Source: a virus. From it: 64,000 nt of DNA. The notes under the pieces are model-generated. The model ran no database searches and was not told the origin of the DNA. It was given only the letters and a program-made list of their open reading frames with translations. The DNA is taken from IMG/VR virus record IMGVR_UViG_3300046170_000301; one strand, written 5' to 3'. The position numbers and the translations under genes were made by a program. Shown here piece after piece: positions 56,899 through 64,000 of this stretch (its first letter is position 1; each line of letters opens with the position of its first letter).

Positions 56899-59800
56899 TT
56901 ACTGCTGTTCTATGTAAGTTAGTGTAGCCTGAACTTCAGTTGATGCTGGTTCTTTTGAAGTTGCTATAAAGAAGTATGCTGTAGTATTTAGAAGGTCTGG
57001 TGTAATGGTTTCTTTTTCAAAGTCAAATATATTATCCAAAGAAATAGTCTTTGTATCTTGACCAACATATAGTTTATCAATTACTTCATATGGTCTTAGT
57101 TGAGATTCATTTTGAACATCAACTAATGCAGAAGATAATCTATCATTATCAGTAAAGTTTGGAGGAGCATCAGTAAGGTTGCCAGTTGTTGTTTTAGTAT
57201 CTCCAATAGGACCAACTTCAATGCCAGTGGTGTCAATAGTCATGTTATTAGTAACAATCCATCTTGGATTATATGTATTAGTTACTTGACCAACTTCTTT
57301 AATAATTGGTCCATTAATTCTAGCACCATCTCTAGATTCAATAAAGAAATACAGTGGATATGGATTAAAGTTTAGTGCCTTGGTTAAAAGTTTTCTGAAT
57401 GTTTCAAGACTGACTGGTATATACCAAACAGTAATATCAGTTAACTGGTCTGTTGCTGCTTGATAAAGTTTACCAGATAGTTCTATAAGTTGATAAGTTA
57501 CTAAGTTTCCTTCTTCGTTTGTGCTAAACGTAATAACATCCGAATTAAAATATACACCAGCACCAACATTAGGAGCTTCATCACTTCCAGTAGGGTCTGC
57601 TGAATTAAATCCAACTTCAGCATTCTGTGGATTAAATGTGAATGGGAAAGAAGAAGACCTCACATACCATTTATTAACATCGAATGATGGATAGACTGCT
57701 TGAATATCTGCTACAGGAAGTTCACTTCCTTTTACTTGTTTACATGCAATAAACTGAGCATCGTTAACAGTGATGTTGACAAACTGACATCTACCTGTAT
57801 TTGAACCAGGAGGTGATGGTATACGATAATCTACAGTAAATGCAGGGGTTCTACCAAAATTTGTTTCCCCAATTTCATACCCATCCACATCCCTAGCAAT
57901 AGCTTCAGAAAAACTTTCTGCGTATAGTTTATAGTCATCGGTAAACTCTGTTGAATTTCCTTGCTGGTCAAACCAATTAATACCACCAGTTCCATCAGAA
58001 ACTGGTTTCAATGATGTAACCCCAACACGCCAATCTGCATATTGTCCATTGGAATATGTTCCAACATCCCTAGCACTAGCACCAATAAACAATAAACTAT
58101 TTTTTCTACCAACAACAGGAATACCAGATGCTGCTAGAGCAGTATATTGAGATAATCTACCAGCAAACTCTACTGGATAATTCACAATAGTATCAAAACC
58201 AGCTCTATATGTTTCTGGTATTTCCCTATCAATTAAATACTCAGTTGCTACTAAATCTTGTAGTCCTCCAGTGGCATTAGGATTAATAGTTTGTAGTTCT
58301 GCTGTTGTATATCGTGGTTCTAGACCAGAAATATCTTCTAAAGTAGAGTCATCAAAGTCTCCAATATAAGTATTCCATATTCTATTTGCAATTATTTTTG
58401 AGAAATAATCTTTTTGTAAAAATACTGGTTGAATTTCAACATCACCTGATACACTACCAGTCAATGTATTATTCAAAATAATAACATTCCCAGCAATTTG
58501 TTGAATGATAGTGTCTGCTGGTATAGATACATTTGTTTGATTAGGGTCTACAATATCACCCGCTCTTAGAAAATCAACATTATCTAGAGTTATAGTATTA
58601 GAATCAGAATTTGTAGCAGATTTTACTAGTTGTTTCAGTTCAACTTTTGTTCTATCAAATCCACCTACGATAGGAGGGAATGCAAAGAATCTTTCTGTTC
58701 CGTTGTATCCTGCTTCTAAGTTTGGTTGATAAGCGTAACCAAACCCAGGACATGATTTACATTTCACAATAGTAATTTCAGACAAACCATCAGAAGATAC
58801 AGAAAGTTCTTTAGGAAAAATAGATTGTTTGTTTTTAATATTCTTACCCAAAGAATTATTGATTACTGATTTTGGTTGAATTGCAACAAGAGTAGTGGAA
58901 CGTTGTGCTCCTTCTACCGTTTCAACTGGAGCGGTTTTTGGATTTGATGTAGCAGATGCTACTTTAACAGTTCCTTCATCGCCGCCATCAATATAGCAAC
59001 TAGTTCCATACTTGTAGATATACTGAGGTGTTCTTACATTAAGATAATCATTTACAATCAATGAATATTTAAACTTATAATAAGGGTCTCCCATGCATGG
59101 TTGACCTAGTTGATTCTCAATGACTAGACGATGAAGTTTAACCCACCTAGCGTCTCCACCACCAATAGGAACATAAGCATAAAACTGAACACCAATAGCA
59201 CCATACCAACCAAACTCAATTTTATACATGGTTACATTTTCTGCAACCCAGTTATACCCACTAGGTCCATTGCCATTTAATGGGTCGCCATTCCATCTGT
59301 CTCTGGTGATAACAGTTTCATATACTTCTCTATCTTCTAGACCAGTAAATACTGTATTATTTTGAGTATCTTTTGTAATTAAAACTTGGTCTTCTGGTAA
59401 CAGTTGATTCTTTGCTAAAACCTCATCGCTAAGAGGGACAACACTCCTTCTAACAATACTAAAGTTAGAACCTCTAATCTGAAACACTAAATCGTCAGTA
59501 TCATTTCCGATACCCCATTCAATAATGACATTGTTATCATCTCTTGCATCATTAGATGCCCTAACACCAAAAGTATATCCACTAATTCTTCCTGGTTGAT
59601 ATCTAAATGCTTTTCTAGATTCTAGATATGCTCTTGATACTTGATTAGTTGCATATCCTGGTCTTGAATTTTGATAAACATTAATATCATCTCCAGTTAA
59701 ATTAAGTGCTTGGACAATAAACTTTTGGACCAAAGCATTAGCATTTACTTCATCAGAATCAAATGGAACACCATTTAATTTATCAAAAGAGTTTCTACCA

Positions 59801-61104
59801 ATGTCTCTCCATGTTTCTGTCCACGTATCTACCTGTGCAAAGAATGCAGCGGAATCTGCATATGCAGGATTAAGTGGCGTCAACATGTTAGAGAAAAACG
59901 CATCCGATGATCCGAATGTCATATCAGATACGATTCTAGCAGTAGTATTACTACTAACTCCTTCAATAGGAATCTCTTCTAAATCTCCTTCATCCAAAAT
60001 TAATCCAATTTCTTCATTAAAATGAAGAACTTTATCCTCCATTCTATACTGTCTTACTGTTCCTATAATTTCTTGTGTATCAGTTCTTCTAATTTGTTCT
60101 CCAGTAACAAAATTATTAATTAAATAGTCCTGTTCGTTAATTGTTTGAAATACTGCATTACTGCCAGTTACAACAGTATCTAATGTTACATGATTAGGAA
60201 TATAAGGAAGGAAGTTTTGAGAGTATCCAAAGTCAACATCTTTGTATTCATCATAAAGTAATGCACCAATTTTTAAGAAATTATTAAATCTTCGATAACT
60301 TTCAGCAGAGTATCCTTGTTCAAAATCTGGGCCATAAGGATATGAATACGGAGTTCTGAATGTCTCTAGAATGATTGCAGATTCTTCTTTTGCTTCTCTG
60401 TATCTAGAACGGAAATGATTTCCATAAACTCTATTTTTCCTAGTTGCCCAAGATGCTGGTTGATATGTACTACCGTCATTACGATAAAAAAGAAACTCAT
60501 CATCATCCAACCCATAACTAGAAACATTAGAAAATAATCCTAACTGTTCTTCTGCTTTTGGATATCCAAGAATAGTTGTGCTGACTTCACTAAACGCAGC
60601 AAACTGTTCTTCAACTGGAAATGTTGGGTCTACTTTCAATGAAGAAAGTTTAATAAGTTCACCAAAAAGAGATGAGTTTGAAGTTACTGATTGTGCTAAC
60701 TTACAAGAATCTTCTCCAGTAACTTCTAATACTTTTCTAGTTTCATATACTTTCATAGAACCTTCAAGTCCAGTAGGAAGAAGAAGTTTATCTCCAGAAG
60801 AAATTTCAGATATAAATGCTCCAGTTCCTGCTTCTGCTGTAACAATATCTCCAGTTACAGAAAAGTTTCTACCAGTTAGTTTTATATTTGTTACCTTAGT
60901 ATAAGAAGGTTCATCCGTAAAAACTACTGACGTTGCTTTTTCTGCTGTTGCTTCAGAAGCAAGAACAATATCTTCAGTAGATACAAGTGGCGTTCCACCT
61001 TCATCAAATAATGGTTGTCCAGTTTGTAAATTGTATATGGGCACATTAGCGGAGGTGATAGGAGCTGGTCTCCTATCATGCCCGATTTTAATCTCTTTCG
61101 CCAT
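56899..61104 (-). CDS. large virion structural protein (1401 aa)
   Basis: SRKAFRYQPGR and VTMYKIEFGWYGAIG motifs. Confidence 0.7.
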   Translation of the reverse strand: MAKEIKIGHDRRPAPITSANVPIYNLQTGQPLFDEGGTPLVSTEDIVLASEATAEKATSVVFTDEPSYTKVTNIKLTGRNFSVTGDIVTAEAGTGAFISEISSGDKLLLPTGLEGSMKVYETRKVLEVTGEDSCKLAQSVTSNSSLFGELIKLSSLKVDPTFPVEEQFAAFSEVSTTILGYPKAEEQLGLFSNVSSYGLDDDEFLFYRNDGSTYQPASWATRKNRVYGNHFRSRYREAKEESAIILETFRTPYSYPYGPDFEQGYSAESYRRFNNFLKIGALLYDEYKDVDFGYSQNFLPYIPNHVTLDTVVTGSNAVFQTINEQDYLINNFVTGEQIRRTDTQEIIGTVRQYRMEDKVLHFNEEIGLILDEGDLEEIPIEGVSSNTTARIVSDMTFGSSDAFFSNMLTPLNPAYADSAAFFAQVDTWTETWRDIGRNSFDKLNGVPFDSDEVNANALVQKFIVQALNLTGDDINVYQNSRPGYATNQVSRAYLESRKAFRYQPGRISGYTFGVRASNDARDDNNVIIEWGIGNDTDDLVFQIRGSNFSIVRRSVVPLSDEVLAKNQLLPEDQVLITKDTQNNTVFTGLEDREVYETVITRDRWNGDPLNGNGPSGYNWVAENVTMYKIEFGWYGAIGVQFYAYVPIGGGDARWVKLHRLVIENQLGQPCMGDPYYKFKYSLIVNDYLNVRTPQYIYKYGTSCYIDGGDEGTVKVASATSNPKTAPVETVEGAQRSTTLVAIQPKSVINNSLGKNIKNKQSIFPKELSVSSDGLSEITIVKCKSCPGFGYAYQPNLEAGYNGTERFFAFPPIVGGFDRTKVELKQLVKSATNSDSNTITLDNVDFLRAGDIVDPNQTNVSIPADTIIQQIAGNVIILNNTLTGSVSGDVEIQPVFLQKDYFSKIIANRIWNTYIGDFDDSTLEDISGLEPRYTTAELQTINPNATGGLQDLVATEYLIDREIPETYRAGFDTIVNYPVEFAGRLSQYTALAASGIPVVGRKNSLLFIGASARDVGTYSNGQYADWRVGVTSLKPVSDGTGGINWFDQQGNSTEFTDDYKLYAESFSEAIARDVDGYEIGETNFGRTPAFTVDYRIPSPPGSNTGRCQFVNITVNDAQFIACKQVKGSELPVADIQAVYPSFDVNKWYVRSSSFPFTFNPQNAEVGFNSADPTGSDEAPNVGAGVYFNSDVITFSTNEEGNLVTYQLIELSGKLYQAATDQLTDITVWYIPVSLETFRKLLTKALNFNPYPLYFFIESRDGARINGPIIKEVGQVTNTYNPRWIVTNNMTIDTTGIEVGPIGDTKTTTGNLTDAPPNFTDNDRLSSALVDVQNESQLRPYEVIDKLYVGQDTKTISLDNIFDFEKETITPDLLNTTAYFFIATSKEPASTEVQATLTYIEQQ

Positions 61105-61107
61105 TTA

Positions 61108-64000
61108 TCACTGCTCCTCCCAGGTAATGCTCGCTAGTATCTCTCCTCTATTTACATAACTTCCAGTTCCGTCTCCACTCTTATAGAATGACTTGGATGA
61201 AGCGCAAACATATAGTGTATCAACTAAATCTGTAAGTGGGAAAGAAAGATAATCTTTGTTGTAATCAAAATATGGTTGTAGATTAAACTCTGCACCAGAA
61301 TTTGGAGAGAATAATGTTGTAACTACAGTTCCAGTTCCAGGAATTGGAGACCTTTGCTCACTATCAGTTGCAACAGCAGACAATCTAGAAAGTGAAGATG
61401 ATGGGAATGGAGTTGTAATTGAACTGAAATCTGGGTCATTAGGATTTGGACCCGCCCACTTACCAGCATACAAGAATCTTCCCCTAATAATAATTGGGTC
61501 AAGCGTTACTTCATTTGCACTGAAATAATACTTACCATTTTCTTTTTCAAGAAGTCCTAGCATTGTGAATGCAAGACCAGATGTATCACCTTCTACAGTG
61601 TACCTAAAGTATCCATATACTTTTTCCCCCTCTGCCAAATATGTTCCACCAGTTTCTGTAATCTCTGCAGTTGGAAGTAGAGTTTTCTTTCCTCGTTGTC
61701 CAATGTTTATGCCACTATTAATAGCAACACTAGCAAGACCATTTGGAGTATCAAATGTCTGGAAGATTGGTGATTTAATTAACTGAATAACAAGAGATTC
61801 TGAACTTGATGTAGCGCCAGTAGCAAGTCTTGTTGGATAAATCTGAACTCTATTTCTTACACCATTGATTTCTTTTCTACACTTAAGTCCAACAAGTGGT
61901 TGTGGTCTATCAACAACTAAAGAAATATCTCCAGTAGTAGCACTTAGAGTTCTGCTCAAATAAAGTCTGCTGGTATCTGCCCAAACAACTCTAACATCCT
62001 GGTCATTGGGGTCTCCAGTAACAACTCTAGCATTCATATAATAATCACCAACATCAGGACCACCATTAGTATTAGTAATCTCCAAAGCAGGAGCATTAAT
62101 ATAACTTACCCCAAAAGTTTGGTTTTGATTTGTTCCAGAGTAATCAAATAATGTTGCATTAGCAGAATCTTGAATCAAATACTTAGAACCACCAACTTCT
62201 TTTAGTGTTTCTGAGGCATAACTAAACAGTCTTACAGTTCCTCTATCACCACCATCAATGTAGTAAGAAGCACCATACTTAGTTAGTTGTTCTGAGAAAG
62301 AACCGTAGCCAGATTCCGTATTGGCAATTCTAGATTCATTTAGATAACCATATCTATTTTCACTACCACCACCATATACCATGTAAGTAATTGGTAGTGT
62401 AGCATTACCAAGAGAAGCAACTTTCAACTGGTTAGATGCTCTAAGGTGATGAACTCTTACCCATCTTGCTTCGTTGTTTTCTACAGGAACATAAGCAAGG
62501 AATGTAGCACCAACAGCACCATACCATGAGAATTCAATCTTATACATGGTAACTTTTGTTGGGTCTAAATCCCATACACTTTCAAATTGAATCTGGTCTC
62601 CTGTTGCTTCCTCAAGAACTGGTTGACCAGCTCTTTTATCAATTACATTGTCACTATAAACAACATCAGTATCAATTCCATTTAGTTTCTCTCCACTAAA
62701 TCTACTGCGAGGAACACGATACTCATATACTTTATAGTATTCTGGATTTACATTAAACCAAACCCAGTTTTTATAAAGTCTCTTGTTAACATAGTTAATC
62801 TGTGCTTTCAAATCAGTAATATTTGATGTTGCTGTATCAATGTATCCAACAGAGTTTGGATCGGATGCACCACCAGCAGGATAAACATATGGGAAAGCAC
62901 CATCAACATATCCAGGAGCAAAATCATTTAGAGAACTATCTGTATAGTTTTGTCCTTTATATGCTCTAACATCATTTGGAAGAATAAATGGTGTTGGAGT
63001 TTGTAAAGTAAATCCTGCATTTGCAAGGTCCCCAGAAGTTGTTGATGCAATATTAAATGCACCGACATCACTATATGCTAACGAGGTATCAGAACCTCCC
63101 CATGGGTTTGTTGGATTTGTTGTGCTTCCACCACCAACAGAAGTATATGATTCTTCATTAGAAGGATTGGAGCACAATCTTACTTGCTGATAAACTCCAC
63201 CAGCCTCAGAAAGAACATTTCTAATCTCATGAATATACCAAATAGAACCATCAGGAAGTGTATCTAATGTATCTGAAGTTATATTTTCAGTCGAACCATT
63301 CTTATTGAAGTATACGTTCTGTCCTTGTTGAAGTAATTCCTTTCCTTCTGGAACAAGAACTTTCATCCACTTGTATGCATTAGAACCATCATCAAAAAGT
63401 TCTACAATATTATAGTTTACTTTTTCTTTTAACAGAGAAACATCATGTGCTGCACCATGAGTCATAATCAACCCATCTCGTAGCACACACATCTCGCCAG
63501 CGGCAGAACCTGATGGCGCTGGAATAGAAGCGAATCCAGCAACTCCAAGTGCATCAATAAGAATGTCAAAAAGATTAGCAGCAGCGGTAGCAGCACCACC
63601 CTCAGCAGAAGTTAGTGTTCCCGAACCAGCAGCATAAGCAGATACAGAAGTTAATCCATTAACACCAGTTACAGAGATATTACTTGGAGCAGAACCGCCA
63701 AGAATAGTAGTAATAGCGTTCTTGATAGCAGTGTATCTATTAATCTCTGCTCCTGGATTATCAAGATAAAGACCTTTGGTATACTTGTTAAAAAATCTTA
63801 GGGTGTTATAAACAGTGCTGGCATTACCACCATACTTAAGGTCATGTAATACACCCTCAATGACAAGACCAGAGTCTCTACGACACTTATCGTATTCTTC
63901 TGGGTCATTTTCTGGGTCTCCAGGAACAGGAACAGCAACTTCTTGGAGGTATCTTTTGTTTGCTTTTAATACTTCATAAGCATTAGGATATTTTGGTGCA
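61108..64000 (-). CDS. large virion structural protein, paralogue of the 1401-aa protein; 5' end outside the window
   Basis: the frame appears open from 63999 through 63492; VTMYKIEFSWYGAVG, YIDGGDRGTV and KCRRDSGLV...DLKYGGN. Confidence 0.72.
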   Translation of the reverse strand, partial: APKYPNAYEVLKANKRYLQEVAVPVPGDPENDPEEYDKCRRDSGLVIEGVLHDLKYGGNASTVYNTLRFFNKYTKGLYLDNPGAEINRYTAIKNAITTILGGSAPSNISVTGVNGLTSVSAYAAGSGTLTSAEGGAATAAANLFDILIDALGVAGFASIPAPSGSAAGEMCVLRDGLIMTHGAAHDVSLLKEKVNYNIVELFDDGSNAYKWMKVLVPEGKELLQQGQNVYFNKNGSTENITSDTLDTLPDGSIWYIHEIRNVLSEAGGVYQQVRLCSNPSNEESYTSVGGGSTTNPTNPWGGSDTSLAYSDVGAFNIASTTSGDLANAGFTLQTPTPFILPNDVRAYKGQNYTDSSLNDFAPGYVDGAFPYVYPAGGASDPNSVGYIDTATSNITDLKAQINYVNKRLYKNWVWFNVNPEYYKVYEYRVPRSRFSGEKLNGIDTDVVYSDNVIDKRAGQPVLEEATGDQIQFESVWDLDPTKVTMYKIEFSWYGAVGATFLAYVPVENNEARWVRVHHLRASNQLKVASLGNATLPITYMVYGGGSENRYGYLNESRIANTESGYGSFSEQLTKYGASYYIDGGDRGTVRLFSYASETLKEVGGSKYLIQDSANATLFDYSGTNQNQTFGVSYINAPALEITNTNGGPDVGDYYMNARVVTGDPNDQDVRVVWADTSRLYLSRTLSATTGDISLVVDRPQPLVGLKCRKEINGVRNRVQIYPTRLATGATSSSESLVIQLIKSPIFQTFDTPNGLASVAINSGINIGQRGKKTLLPTAEITETGGTYLAEGEKVYGYFRYTVEGDTSGLAFTMLGLLEKENGKYYFSANEVTLDPIIIRGRFLYAGKWAGPNPNDPDFSSITTPFPSSSLSRLSAVATDSEQRSPIPGTGTVVTTLFSPNSGAEFNLQPYFDYNKDYLSFPLTDLVDTLYVCASSKSFYKSGDGTGSYVNRGEILASITWEEQ

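Overview
64 kb of a T4-like cyanomyovirus (cyanophage) genome, mostly on the minus strand. In window order: small hypothetical genes and a frameshifted SF2 helicase; an AT-rich cluster of three 2OG-Fe(II) oxygenases; tail-fibre/tail-collar genes and a 3020-aa structural protein; a tRNA island (Leu-UAG, Leu-UAA, Ile-UAU, one degenerate CAU tRNA) containing cpeT and pebS; baseplate/tail genes (split gp5, gp27-like, two paralogous tape-measure-like muralytic proteins, gp51/gp26, gp54-like, gp4, gp2, gp48, gp53); gp32, gp33, an exonuclease, phoH and thyX; a microprotein operon behind an NtcA-like box and a tandem glutamine riboswitch; glutaredoxin; psbA split by two group I introns, one encoding a LAGLIDADG endonuclease; and large paralogous structural proteins including a leucine-rich-repeat protein. 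Best leads: (1) the NtcA box + tandem glutamine riboswitch + DUF4278 microprotein module; (2) a candidate programmed -1 frameshift joining gp26 to gp51, like lambda G/GT; (3) the two psbA introns; (4) a tRNA-Ile(UAU) whose extra arm carries a GAU loop; (5) hairpins with a -35 box in their loop, and a twice-repeated intergenic T-tract element. Several single-base indels, mainly in the first 8 kb, look like sequencing or assembly errors. All calls are by eye; no searches were run.
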